Origin: Sphagnum compactum
Lineage: Eukaryota
Reading direction: 5' to 3'
Assembly (NCBI GenBank): GCA_965153455.1
Contig: OZ234494.1
Coordinates: forward strand, 9,796,001 to 9,860,000
Length of the DNA: 64,000 nucleotides
Below are positions 11,487-26,200 of this stretch, one piece after another. How positions within the stretch are numbered: the stretch's first letter is position 1; the number at the start of each line of letters is the position of its first letter. The position numbers were made by a program, and so were the translations under genes. The notes beneath the pieces were generated by a model. It was not told the origin of the DNA. It did not search any database and was given only the letters and a program-made list of their open reading frames with translations.

Positions 11487-13799
11487 AGGTATACTGATTT
11501 TGGTGAAGAGGAGAGAAAATTTTTAAAGCAATAAAAAGGCTTTTTACTCTGCCAAATCCAAGTCAGCTGGTGGCATTTTGCTTTTGCATTCTTTGTTGCA
11601 CATTTTCAGACTTTGCATTCATCTTGACTCGTACATTCATATCTTGCATTATCTAAACTAGATCTCCCAATAGAAACCCATGATTAAAATACTTGAAGTT
11701 ACACTTGAATTTTTATGCACCCTGTACCTGATCCATCTTGCACTCTTAGTAGGCAAATGGAATTATTAGCACACTTTTTTTTCAGCACTTTTTTCTGGTT
11801 CTATTCTAATGCAGGACAGCTTCAGCTCCATCAAAAGGACCTCATTGTGGAAAGACTTACAGCTTGTTTTTGCTTTGCAATGCAGTCTTCCACATTCTGA
11901 ACAAATATGATATGATATATTTATCGTATAATATACCATATAATATAATATATTTTTTCATGATTCAAATTTCATCATCATTGGTCATCATTCACTAGGC
12001 TAGCTAGAAATGAATATAAAAAGCACTTGCAATAAAGGATTACCTAGTACCCACGATCTTTCCTTTGCATCCATATTTGGATTTGGTATGGGGGAAGTTT
12101 TTTTGGAGAGAAAATTCACAAAAAAAATTAGCTGAATATTGAGGTGGAGAATCACATAAGGGCATTTTGTTAATCTAACCTTCCTATTGCAAAAAGATCA
12201 TTAAAATTCTTTTGGTGTCGCCATGATGAAAACAACAAGCATAAACATGTCACCTCCCCCACCACCAAGGGAAAACCAACATATCGCGAATGACACACCC
12301 ACTATTGATAAGGGTTGTTAGAGTGTAGCCTCGCCATCTTTGCCATCAATTTTGTAATCCTAACCCTTTCCTAATACCCATCTTCGCTAGTTGATGTGTG
12401 CACTGTGCATTTGTGCACTTGCTCATAATTCCCATATTGAAGCACTTTGTTAGAACTCACTAAACACTTTTATCATAAACTTTGGAGTTTGTTAAACATT
12501 TAACTTACAAGTTATTACATGTGTATCACTCACTTTGCAACAACTAATGTTCATTTTTTATTGTTTTGTTGAATTTTGTTCATGGATTTGAAAGTCATCG
12601 CTTTCAAAATTGTGTTGTTACTTGCGAGGCATGCAAAGGGGTAGTGCTTTAACTTTCAAGTTTGAAAGGTTTAAGAAGTTTCTAAACCCTTGGTCATTTC
12701 ATGGCCTTTATATGTGTTTGACACTTGTGTGCAATGTGCACTATGCATCATTGTTTTATGTCTTTTGCAGCTTATAAATTGTGAGCATAATCGTCATTGT
12801 TCATCCTACTCATGCTTGTTTATGTTTGTAATGTCAAGTGATTCACCATGATAGTTGATCACTGTTGGAACTTTGATTTGCAATTTGATTTTTGTCATGT
12901 TCATGTTGTAACTCAAAACCTCCCACCCTTTCTTAATAAACTAATTAGATGCACTTTGCACTGTTCAATCAATTTTTTTTGTTTCATGTGTACATTGTGT
13001 GTGTGACTTGCAAAATTTGAACATCTATTAGCTTATGACGCTTATGAATCAAGGTCATTTCCTTGGGTTAATACTTAGAAAGTAATGGGTCATTTTTCCA
13101 AGATGATGTGATATATTGCAATTGGTTACAAAAGATAATGGATGAAAAATCCATGATTTTACAATGGCCAAAAATATTAATAAGAAATAAAAAGTAAAAC
13201 TATACTATTAGGTAATGGTGTGAATAACTATTGTCCATTATTATGTTATTTTGAAAGCATTTCAAGTCTTTTAAAAAATGAAAAACGTTGAAAGTGCTAA
13301 CTACATTGTTTTATATATATATATATAATACTTGAATTAGATTTGTTCCAAATTATTCCACATGGTTTGAATACAATATAGCCATTGTCATGTAAACTTA
13401 TTAAAACTTATCAACAATACTATATATATTGACCCAAAAACATACAAAACATACCATTGGTTACAACTTGAATGACTTCTATTAATGTGATTGCATTGTA
13501 ATAGATATGATGTCTCATGTTTGTAACTTTTTTATGTGCTTGTGTGGAACAAGTAATTTGCAATGCAACATTCTAAGGTGCATAAGTTTGTTGTATATAA
13601 ATCAATTGTGAAATGGTTCTTTTTGTTGAATATACAAAATTCAATCCATTACTTATGGTTAAGGATTCAAGAATTGAAACTCAAAAATGTTTGTGGTTTT
13701 AACCATGCCCCCATGCTTACAAGTTTTAAATAATTTAAATTTTTTATTTGTTTTGGTGATTGAGTCCCAAAAGATAATCTTACACACAATGAATCTATT

Positions 13800-15500
13800 T
13801 GTTGTGATGTACTTCAATATGTTACTTGCATGCTAAAAGAAACCAAATGTAGGCTTTTAACTTGTAGAGTGCTTCCACAAAGTAAGATTTTAACACAAAT
13901 CCTAGCATCCCTAAAAACCTTGTTGTTGGAGACAAACTTGTCCATAGCTCAAAAAATGGAAGAAATATTAGTATTGACATAAAACATAAGTTTCTATGTT
14001 GTCAAAATAACATGGGCATAACCCATTTTGAATGAGTTTAGAATGATAACTTTTATCAAATGTCATGTATGTATTAGAATTGAAAAGAAGGAAAAGGTTT
14101 TGATGGCAAAGTGACAATAATCTATCAATAAACATGTAGGTAAAAGCACTTGATGGTAAGCGGATCCAAAATGTGGGCATACATAGAATTGCAATATTAC
14201 ATAGCTTAGTATTGGTCAAGCAATGAAAAACAAACAAAAGTTACTTATTCAATTTGCAATTGTTTTACTTACATATACATAAAGGTAAATCAATAATATA
14301 TTATGAAGATTTCCAACCTTTGTTTGAATTCTTGAAACTTTGATCTATCCCCCAAAAAATTTGTTTAACAAGGCTAGTGATTCAAAATTTGATTTCTCAC
14401 CTAAAAAACAAGGTGAAACAGGCCATTGGAGTTGTTGTCCATAATATCAAGTTTATATCCCTTACATGTGATGAAGTCACATCCATGGTTATGCAAGTTG
14501 GGCAAGTGTGCATGCTTATATTATGCAAGATTGGTGTCAAATATCCTTGTTGTTGAATGTGCAACATGTGATATATGGATTTTGAATTGATGTTTTAACT
14601 ATGGTAATCATGAAATTTTTTATGACAAAGGGGGGCTTGAAGGAAGAAAAAAAACTTCAAGGTTGGTGTATTTTGGTGATGGGGTCAACACCTTCCAAGG
14701 CCTTAGATCTAGAATTGTGGTTCAAAATCAATGTCAACATGTTCCATTTGTTAGCAGCTTGCACTATATGGTTCATCAAACAAACCTTGCAATACAAACC
14801 TTCTTACACCTACCAAGTTATTTATTTAACATTCGAAGGTATTTTGCAATTTGTATTTATGTTTATTTTAGCCATAGCCCCAAGGGACTTGGAGTTTACC
14901 AAAATGGTGAAGATCATAGAAGTTAAAGGAAGCAAAATATTACACATCAAAACTATGTGTTAGTGTATATGATCAATCATGTCAAGTTTGTGTTGTTTGA
15001 ATACCGCAGTCTCTTCATGAATATGACATTGGATGCATCCATAGTAGCATTTACCAAATTTAACTTGTTTTGCTTATTGATGTGGAAATGTTTGTTGGGG
15101 TTGAATGTTATTACATGTCACTCCTAGAGATGATACATTCTTTGGTCAAATTTGCACAATTGCATAATGTGTTTATATGTGATTTTATAATAGCAATCAA
15201 AATTTGTGAAGGGGATGTATATCACATGTATTGTGACATCCATTCACTATTGAAAGTGATGTGTTTACTAACTTCCATGCCTTAATTAAATATTCTTATG
15301 AATGTATTAGTTTTCATTATATTGTGAATTTGAATACCTGATCATGTCATTTTGGCTTTTGAGTTTGTTGGGCAACATTATTTGGGCCACAGTTGCAAAT
15401 TAAAAGGGGGCATATGGTTTTGTTACAAGACATATATGTAAAGGTTGTGGCATCTATGAAACAACAATGTCAATAAGTTGCCATTCAACTTATTATGAAG
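13800..15500 (+). mobile_element. Degenerate hAT-superfamily (ZNF862-like) transposase pseudogene
   Basis: Broken-frame motifs SLTCDEVT (first catalytic D), FGDGVNTFQG..SRIVVQ..HVPFV..LHYMVHQTNLAIQT (CxxH region) and YFSHSPK..LEF.KMVKIIEVKGSKILHIKT (TRW region), with many stops and frameshifts. Confidence 0.75.
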
Positions 15501-15515
15501 TTGCGCAAACATTGA

Positions 15516-15612
15516 TAGGAGGGGGGGGAGACAACCCAATTCACCTTGCATTTCATTTGATTCATAAGGAAATTGACCCAACTTTGTCATAGTCTATTTA
15601 GCCCCCCTCCTA
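15516..15612. mobile_element. Possible ~97-bp MITE with 11-bp perfect TIR
   Basis: TAGGAGGGGGG ... CCCCCCTCCTA; no clear TSD. Confidence 0.35.
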
Positions 15613-15714
15613 GTGATTAGGGACCTATGGCTACAAACAGGTGAAAACTTGTCCACCCTTGCATGGTGATTTCACCAATCTAGCATTTGATCCCCATAGA
15701 TATTATTTACCCAT

Positions 15715-15955
15715 TTACTAAAATGAATTCACCACTTTTTCTTGTCATTGTTCCCCCAACTTGTTCACTTTTATGCTAGTGAATTCACCATGATTTGTGC
15801 CCATTTTGAGCACAATTTAACCATTTAACCTACTAAATTCACCACATTCTAACCCATTTTGGACATGACTTAGCCACATAACCTATTGAATTTACCATTT
15901 CCTAGCCCATTTTGGACATGACTTAGCCACTTAATTAATTAAATTCGCTATAATT
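15715..15955. repeat. Degenerate ~55-bp tandem repeat
   Basis: Repeated aattcacca...cccattttggacatgacttagccac units. Confidence 0.6.
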
Positions 15956-18657
15956 GTCCCCAAAACTAAAAAGGCATTAAAACTTAGTATGGTGTGGAAG
16001 CTTGAACTTGTGGAAGTCACTTTTTGTATGTTTTAAAAAACACTTGAAATAAGAAAGTATATTTTAGTTTGTGATGAAATAATGACATATTTAGGTTTAT
16101 TTTAAATATTATAGGTTTATTTTAAGTATATTTTCTTAATGAATTATAAACACCTCAATTACATTAAAATAAATTACATAATTATTTATTTTTAATAAGT
16201 TGTACATTTGTTTTGCACAATTTTTGGAACAAAATGGAATTTATCTCCCCAAAAGCTTGAACCTTGAACTTAGATCATGGCAACTTGAAGGATTTTATTT
16301 TATTTTCCTCATGTATATCAAATCCTAAGTTTTGATTTATGAATTCAATGACTACACTCTAAATTCTTTAATTTATTTTGATGTTTTGTTTACTTGTTCC
16401 ACCATAATGTTAACCCATCAAAAGTTTTTTTAATGGGATGATGGGACCCTTAAACCTTTTTTATGAAATTTTATCAATGAAATTTTATAATTAAAATGTT
16501 ATGATTTATGATATAAATTGTGAACCATGGTGTCATGGGCATGAACAAAATTAAACAATAAGATTTTCAAACTATATGAATGAATGCAAGCTAATTTTAG
16601 ATCCAGGTCATGGAATAAAAAAATCAAAAGCAAAAACATGATGTGTGCACAATGTGAATGCAAAAGGATTTTATTACAAGAACATAACAAGAACAAACAT
16701 GACAAAGATACGTACCTAAAATTGGTGTTGAACAAAGTGAAAATAACATGAGATTCTACCTCTATTTATACCCATTGGGCACCTAGCTCAAGGAAGCTTT
16801 TTTTTAAACTTCTTACATGTGGCCCATGTCCATCCATGCGAAAATTAATAACGAACTATGAATTAACTAATGAATTAGACATGAACTGAAATTTAATTAT
16901 GAATCAACTAAAAGTTAACTAGAAATGAATTAAGACATAATTGATAATTAATTAAAAATGAACTAAAAATGAACCTTTAAATAACCATAAATGAATTAAG
17001 AGTTAATTGGAAACCAATTAAAAGCTAATTATGAATGAATTAAAATTAAACTAATAATTAGGTGTAAGTTAATTATAAATCATAAATGAACATTCATATG
17101 AATGAACCGCATGGTGTTGGCATCTGTGATAATCAATGTTCCATCATCTAAAAATCATGTTTTTGCGTTTATAAATCTTTTGAAGGAATTCAAAGATGTT
17201 TCTACCTACACATCTCTCTAACATATAGTTGGGTAATACAACACACAATATGTCCATGTGACACTTACAACTCAAATAAGGACCACCATGTAGCCCACGC
17301 AATTAAAATTGAAAAGTGACAAAAAAAATTTATTTAGGAGTTTATGTAAATTGCACTGACTTTGTTATTAAGCTTTTTTTGTTTTAGTAATCAACTTTTG
17401 AGGTTTAAGAATTAATTCATTGCCTACTAATAAAACTAATCAACAAAATCAATGCAAATGCAAAGAACCTCAAATTTGGGTTATAAAAATTAAAAGCCTT
17501 CATTACAAAATTGATTAACTAATGATGTATTTAACCACCATGTTTTTTTCATAATGCACAATTATATTGTAGGTATATGTTATATGTATACAACCTTTAC
17601 ATTAAAACAATGCATGGACATTATGAAGTTTTATAAATATTTCTATTAAATATAGAACACAAATGAAGGACATCCAATTTATGAGTGCATATTAATATAG
17701 TACATGCAAATTTGTTTTTGGGCACAATGACTTAGATATACATAAAGAATTGAAATTGATCTTTACTCGGTTGCCCAATATACTCATTGGTAAATACCAT
17801 GGTGAATTTTTTTCATAATTATCATATGGAAATAGTAAGTATGTATCATGTCAAAGTTTATCATTTCTAATGTCAAAACATTTTAATGTTTTCAAAATTT
17901 TCTCTGATTTTTATCAAATTTAACTCTAGTGTTATCAATTTTTGCTTTAATGTTGTCGATTTTGTTTTTGATATTACAATTTTAATTCTGATGTTGTTTA
18001 ATGTTGCTTGAATGTTCTTTTCAAATAACTACATACCAAGGATTTAATGTAAATTTTCAAGCTTTAATTATTTTGTATTGGTTAAATCTTACCAACACTT
18101 GAAATTGTTGTTTCATTATTGAAGTAAGTGGGCCCATATGCTTCCACAAAATCCTTGTTTGTTATTATATTACAATGAGGTTAGGAACTTGACAATATGT
18201 ATTAGCATTTGGAAAATGGTGCCTTTAACATGGAAGCACTTAATCTAGCAACATTGTGGTCGTTTCAACATGTTGTCATCATAACAATTGTTGATTGTGG
18301 TGATTTCACATTATTCCCACGATCTTAGTAAGGTTACATTGATTTCAATAGTGTTTTTTTGATATTAGCAAGATTGTGGTGCTTTTAATGCCCTTGTGTT
18401 TATCTTAGAAAGGTTGTGATTTGTTAGTAACCCTTAGTGATTAGATCAAACATATAATGATTGTTGTGATGATTTAACAAGGTTGTGTTAATGAAAGCAA
18501 TGTGACACGGTGGTTTCATAATTGTTATGATTATATCAGTGACATATGGTCAAGACATGGTGATGATTTTAAGATTAGTGTTGTTATCTCAATGACCAAG
18601 TGGTGGTTTTAATGGCTTTGGAATTAATTTAAATTCTTATATAATATTTCACATTAC

Positions 18658-19239
18658 TGTAACAACATATTTGCATTTCACATGCATATGTTCACTATTC
18701 CTATCTTAAGTCTCAACAAACTTAACACTACCATTCATTCCAACGTTAGATTCATGGTTATTACATATAACCAAAATCTGCATTTCAGAATACATTATAA
18801 AAACTCCAAAAACAAGATTATAATTCATTTTTTCCTAATCTGATACTACAGAAAATTCACACAAAAGATGAACATAGAATTCATTATAGAAGTCTATGTT
18901 TTTTTGTATTATTGAAAACATGAATCCAAGTTACAGCATAATCCCATATTTTGTTGAAAAATCCAACACAACACTTAAAATATGTGTTATCTCCAACAAA
19001 GTCTGTGGTTTTCTACTACAGGTACCTACAACTCTTATTCTTTTCCAAAAACTCTGTTTATCCTCTTCTCCTTTTTCCCCCTATTTTCCATAACTCTAAC
19101 CTTTTGAATTATCCCAAGTCACATCATCATGATCAAAACAACAAGAATTCAAAATTCAAATTAACAAAGTTCTCTGATCAGTCCTTATCCTAACTTCATT
19201 GTTCATCCAAAATCACATATTCATCCTACCCCCTTAACA
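18658..19239 (-). repeat. Putative 3' LTR (~580 bp) of the Gypsy element
   Basis: Minus strand reads PPT AGAGGGGGTAA (19250-19240) followed directly by TGTTAAG..., ending ...GTTACA at 18658. The left boundary is inferred from TG..CA only because no 5' LTR is present. Confidence 0.6.
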
Positions 19240-22200
19240 TTACCCCCTCTATACTTTGGATTCTGTCCTCAAAATCCTAGTAAACTGATAGAAATGAAAT
19301 GAAAGTATTTTATATCCTTTCAAACATCTATTTCACCTACTACATTTCTGTAATCCCAATTTACACAGAAACCATTGGTTCTATATCTAGGTTTTGCTCT
19401 ATAGTTCCAATCTCCTCCCCACTAATTCAATTTGTGGTTCTATTTCTAGATGTTATATCTTGGATATCTCTTCTTCTAGTGTTGGAATAGCCTCCACCTT
19501 TTCATGTTCTTGAATTCCCTTTGATTATTTTTCTTCTTTACCCCCTCTTCTAAGGTCATATGGTATCTTTGGATGTACCTCCTCCTTCTAAGCTGCTCCA
19601 TTTCTAAGGTCATGTGATTCCTCAATTTATATTTCCTCTTCTTGAGCTATTCCATTGGGCCCTGCTTCTGTCTTTTCATCCTGGCTTGATACTTCTATAC
19701 TTGTTGGACTACCACAGATGAAATGTGGAAAATTCTTTTGATAAGCTTCCAACTTGTACCTCAAAATTCTTTCATCAACTTTATGTTGAGTTAGATTCTT
19801 CTCCAACTCCTTTGTAAAATATTCCTTTATAACCTCCCTACCATTCCTCAGATTCTGCCTCAAAGTCCTTCATCTTGTTTTTTGTCCTCATTAGGGTATA
19901 ATACTATAACATTTGTTCATAATCCTCTAGTCCTTTCATGATACCAGCTGGATCCAAACTCTTCCTCTATTCATGCGCCCTCTCCAACTATGTTTGTAAG
20001 TGTTGCAAAGTTCTCTAATACTCCTTCTTATCTTCCATTAATTGATTTTTTTCTGCCTCTATTGTTTCTTTTCTAAGCTCCTCAGACTACAATAGAGATA
20101 CATTCTTCAGATTTATCAATTCCAAATATGTCAAAACATTTTCCTTCTCCTTCTTTTTTTAAGTCAATGCTTTCACCTAACTATCCAAAGCCTCCTGTTG
20201 TTTCTTATGAAGAAACAATGGTGATGTCCACTTCCTTTATGTGGTTTCCCAGATTTTAGCCTTCTACCTTAAATTTTGTAGTTCTTCATCCAACAATTTC
20301 AATGGTGTTGTGCTACCCTTGAGCTCTTCATTCTCATCTTGTAGTTTCTTAATGAACATTTTATTTTTCGGCTCAGCCTCTACCTTGTTCTTCCTCCAGA
20401 TTGCCACATTATGCTTATATCCCTTCTATAAATCTTTTTTTTTATCCAATTCCTCCTATAACACTGCCTTCTCCTTCTCCCCCGTAGCTAATATGTTTTT
20501 CAAAGTGTTCACCTCCATAATCAAATTCCCCATATTCAGACTCACAATTGCCATGGTTTGAAATAACCTAGTTGCCTTATTTGCTTTCATTACTTTTATA
20601 GCTACCTCCACAAACTTTGGTGAACTTGTCTATGTCATAAGATCTCCAAATCTTTCATAGATGATCCCAGCTCCTATACCATTCTTCTCCCCAGTTCAAA
20701 TTTCAAATGGGAATCCTTTTGCAGATTCTAACCTACTAGGTGGTACTTGTAATTTTGCTAGTCTAAATTCTTCAAAAGCAAATTGTGTCACCAGTCTCTT
20801 TGTCTACAGTTCAAAAGCCTATAGACCTTCCTATGTTTACTATTGTTGTTGTTACAAATGTTGTTGTAAATGTTGAAAATGTTTTAGACTTGTAGTGGTC
20901 TCCATCCAATCTTCACATACATCCCCTTCAAAATGTAGATGCTCTTCACCCTTTAGAAACCTTATGTCATGTTCCTTCTTAACTCCCTGGCTCTGCTCCC
21001 TCAGTTATCTCTCCTGTGGCAATGTCATCTATGGTATCTCCTACTTCTGCTCCCTCGGCTATCTTTCCTATGGAGATGTCATCTGTGGTACTGCTATAAT
21101 TTGTATAACTACATGTACCACTATTGGCATTACCCTTACCACTATTGGCACTACAAATGGTTCCACTCTACCCCTCATCATTTTTTGTGCCTTCAAATAT
21201 GTGTTTTCCCATTTCTTCTTCATTCCTGAACTTGAGACTCCTCCATCCTCAACAATGTTCTTCTTCTTGAAAGCACTTCTTGGAGAGTCTGCTGTAGCTT
21301 TCTTTCTGTTCTCTAATGTTATCTGCATCTCCTCCTTAGTTATTTTAACCTTGGCTAGTGGTTTTTGTGGATTGTCTTTTTGATGCACAAATAGATATTG
21401 AAAGATTTTTGCCAATACCAATGCAAATTAACAAGTATCTTTCTTATCCCCCTTATTCTCTTTAACATACTTATACCACCTACCCAGCTCACTACATAGA
21501 ATATTGAATATAATATGTGCCCAATCTACCTGCTGCCCCTTCTTTGCTCTCACCAATGTAATAAGCATTTTTGTTGCAAAAATATTGTACCTTTTCCCTC
21601 TGATAAATGACAGATATAATGGCAAGATATTTAACAGAGTATGGCAAACCCAAACTCTTTGCATTCCATTAACTTGCAGAAGAATTTATAGGTGCAAGTC
21701 TATAATTTTATAATGCCTGAACTGTTAATGACTTACTAACCTGTCCTTTCGATTCTTCTACATACCCTTCCTCACACATTCCAAAAACATCTACAATCAG
21801 TTGTTTACTGATTACATACACCTTATCCTTATGCCCAAAGTAGATATTTGCGCCTTTGATAAAAAATGTGTTCAGAAATTCGAACATTACATCGGGCATC
21901 GGTGCTTCCCACCCCATCAAAAACAAAGGAACAAACCCTGCTTTAAAAGCCCAATATTTTTCCTCAGCAATATCCTTCCAATTTTCCATCTGCTCTACAT
22001 GTTTGTCATAATTTTGTTTCGTTTGTGCCACATGAATTGCTCAAAGTCTGGAATTTTAATACCTTTCTCCAAAACTGTAGTTTTATCCAAGAATGCGCAT
22101 CTTCTCTTCACTATCGCTTCTACTTCACGTTGATGCATCTCCATTGCCCTTCATTGTGCTTCTACCATTGTTTACACCTACGTGGCTTGTTGTACTTTCA

Positions 22201-23399
22201 ATTGCACTTTTATGGATAGTTGTTTTTCCTTTGCAACAACGTTTCCCTCCCTTGCATCCTTCTGCATTATCTATGCCTCCACAAAATATTGCTCCTCAGC
22301 TTCATCTTCCTCTGATTTTTCAATGCACATTGGATATACTAATGTAGTTCCTGGTCATGCCTACTCTCTTGCACACCAACATCGTTTGCTTCTGCGCAAA
22401 AACTCAATTGCAAATGTTCCAGTTATATCTATGTCTTGAATCATTGTTTGCGCAAACTATATCTTCTCATTATACGCCTTCCCTTCTGCACATTTTAAAG
22501 ATGATGAAGAATGCGGTGGCGACCTTATAGCCAATGGCTGAATATTCAACACTCCTTTTCTCTTTACTCTTTTCAACTCCTCTTCTACTTTTGTTCTTCT
22601 CAATATTTCCGCTTCCTCCTCCTACCTTTATCTATCTTCACTCCTCTACACTTCATTTTCCCTTACTATTCATTGTAGTTTTTCAATTGCACTCTTTACA
22701 CTCATACTATTATGAACTCCAAAACTTAAAAAATGCACACAACTTCTAGCAACAAACGCAATGGTTACCCCGTTTTTTCTTGTCCTTGAACATCCCGCCC
22801 GTCACATTCATTTTTTCATCTACCCATCATCTTTTAGTTAACGCATGATCCTCAAAATTAGTATGGCCCATCACTACAAGTTTATGTGTCCCTTGTACAT
22901 CCATGTGGAAGCACTTAACATAATCATTATGAATGAACATCACAAATTTCATCTTCCAATCACTCCACATTTGTAGTTTCCTTAAATTATCTATATTAAT
23001 TCCACTTCGTTCGCCTTGTACACCTCTTTTGATTATGCCCATTTATCTACCAATTGTGAAAACACATCTAGTGATGGTATCAATTTCTCTGCTGATTGTG
23101 CCCACAAATCTAATGATTGTGTTAATACTCTTGATGATTAAATGAATATTGTTGCTGATTTAGCCGATACACCTAACATATCATCTTTAGATCTTTGCAT
23201 CCAAATCCTGCACTTTTGCAATTATTGCTCATTTATAGATCAAAAATAAAAACTATGTTCATCGCTAGATCTGTGATCTGTTCTTTATTTTCTGCATTCT
23301 TCATTTGTGGTTTTTGTATTGCACATCTTTCATCATCTTCTTCTATGTCAAAATTCGCCTCCTAAACTCCACTTGCACTATGTTCCCAATATATTAGCA

Positions 23400-26200
23400 T
23401 ATGTTGTTCTTTTTTTAAACTTCAGATTCCATGTATTTATAAGGTTTGAGCTTATTCACATTGACCAACACAGGGTTAGTTTCAAACTTCTCAATGGTCA
23501 CCAATAACATAATGTTATTTAGCAACACATACTGTACTTTGTATGGTCAAAACCATTTCCTAGTAAACTTCCTTAGGTGTGATTTATTGCCTTTTGGAAA
23601 CTATAAAAAATAATCACCAAAACTAAACTATTTTTCCAAATTCTTTTGTCGATTCCATAATGCTTATTCCACTATTGAAATCCTGCAGTTTTTATAACTT
23701 GCATTCTAGCTTCTTGCAACTTCTCGAGCTCTATAATTTTGTTAGTTAAAACCTTCACTGGAATATTTGTTTTTCTCATTTCCATTAGCAACTATAACGA
23801 TGTACTATGTGGGCATTAATGGATGTAATCCATACACTAATTGATATGGTGTATACCCTGTTGCTACTTTGTATGCAATTCTGTATGAAAATAACACTAT
23901 AGACAGATGTTCATCCTAATATGTTCTATTTTCACTAACTTGGTCACCAATGTCCCTAGTACCTTGTTAGTAGACTCAACCTGCCCATTCACCTAAAGAT
24001 ATTAAGTTATAAAACTCACATGCTTCAATAAAAAATGATTTGTCAAATACTTGATGGCATCATTAACGAAATGAATTCCTTGATCTGTGATTGTAGTCAA
24101 AGGACATCCAAACCTGGTTAATAGGCACTCATATAGAAATTTTGTTGTGACTATTGTTATATTAGTTTTCAATGCTCTTGCTTCTGCCCACTTAGTAGCA
24201 TAATCTATGGCAACAATAATATATTTGTTCCATGTATATCTTCTTGTTGGCTTAATTGGCCCCACAAAATCAAATCCCCATTTCATAAATGGTTCTTCTG
24301 GAAGACTTGTGACCAGCTTTGCAAGAATTTGAGTTACCAATTCTCCTGTTCTTGTATAATCATGCATGTCCCTGTACATAGTTGGCCACCAATATCCAGC
24401 ATCCAATATCTTCTTCTGCGTTATTTCAATTGCAAAATGCCTTCCTTAAGGTCCTTCATGTAATTCTTTCATCACCATATGTGTTTCTGTTGTTGTTAAA
24501 CATCGTTGCAATCTATTGTTTTGGCCCATTTTGTACAATTCACCATTCTTTATTGTAAAAGGTTTTGCTCTCCTAACCAATCTCTACTTCTGCTACACCA
24601 ATAACGTGCCCTCAAGCTATCTTGTTTTCAAAAATTCTTTTACATCATTTAACCATTCAGGCCTTATATAAAACAAACTTGCATCTATGGTTTGATTAGG
24701 CACACATGTGGGTTCTATCATATCCAATAATCTTGATAATGCATTTGCAATTACATGAGTTCTACTTGGTTTATACACTATTGTGAAATCATATTTAAGG
24801 AACAATAACAACCATCTAGTTATTATCCTTGAAACTTGTGATTTGTTGACCAAATAGACTAATGCCATATGATTTACATAAAAAACAAACTTATTGCCTA
24901 ATAAATAATGTCTGAACTTGTGCAAAGAAAAAAAGTTACTAAAGCTTCTTTCTATGTTGTGCTATAATTTTGTTCTGCTTTGTTTCGAAGCCTAGAAACA
25001 TACATTATTGGTTGCATCTCTCTCCCTATTACGTTCTAAGACAACATAGCCCCCATAGTTAACAAGGACACATCTATATGAACATGAAATTTCACCTGCT
25101 AATTTGGTGATATTAATATCGGTGCTTCAATATACTTCTGTTTAATTAATCCCTAGGCCTTCTAACATTCCTCTATCCAAAGAATTTTTTTTGTATTTTT
25201 GGTCAGTTTAGTGGTAAGTGCCATAATAGCAACAAAGTTTTTTATAAAATATCTATAAAACTATGCCATCCCATTGAATAATTGAATTTGCTGGGGATTC
25301 TTAGGTGGTGGCATGTTTACTATTGCATGTATTTTCTTTGGATCTAGTAGTTTCCCTTCTTTGGAAATAATAAAACCCAAGATCATCCCTGAAAATACCA
25401 TAAATGCACATTTGTCTAGATTCAAACTAATGCCATATTCTCTGCAATTTTGAAAACATAGTCTAAGCTTTTGCAAATGATTCTCCATGTCACTATACAC
25501 CGTAAAGTCATCCAGAAATATCTTCATAAAATTGTTCAAATACTTTCTTAATGTTTTGGTCACAACTCTCTAATATGTTGGAGGTCCATTTTAAACTCCA
25601 AACGGCATCACCTTCCATATAAAAGTCCCCCAGTCTATAACAAATGTAGTTTTATATCTATCCTCTGGAACTATAAATATTTGATGATATCCTAAATATC
25701 CATCTAAAAAATAATATGCCTCATACCCCGCCATTGTGTTCAGCACTTTATTTATGAAAGGTAATGGGTATGGATCCTTCTTTGTGGCTGCATTTAATTT
25801 TCTAAAATTTATATAGATTCTCAACTTCCCATTTTTCTTGGATACTATTGCTATGGGTGACAACCAGGTAGCTTCTTCTACAAATTCAATGAATCCAACT
25901 ACTAACAATTTATCTATATCTTGTTTGATTATTGTAACATAATTTGGATTTAATCTGTACATGGCCTGATGTGTCGGTGGTATAGTCATGTCCAACTCAA
26001 TTCTGTGTTGTGTTAGCTATGATGGAATCCCTTTTAGATCTTTGTATGTCCATGCAAAAACATCTTTGAATTCCTTCAACAACTGCTCCACTTCCAACAC
26101 CTTGCCTGTTTCTAACTATGCATTAATCTTCACCATTTGTGGTTATACATCAGTTCCCAAATTGAACTTCATCAAATATTGATCTTTAATTAACATCCAT
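23400..26200 (-). pseudogene. Gypsy pol (RT-RNaseH-integrase), interrupted by stops and frameshifts
   Basis: ORF-track fragments 25591-25995, 25261-25563, 24617-24925 and 24002-24406. Confidence 0.9.

Noticed and set aside
17165-17215. RT-like LLKEFKDV fragment on the plus strand
   Set aside because: Too short to delimit as an element; at most a retroelement crumb.
20241-22749. Plus-strand hydrophobic ORFs as env-like genes
   Set aside because: They are antisense shadows of the K/E-rich minus-strand extra ORF of the Gypsy element.
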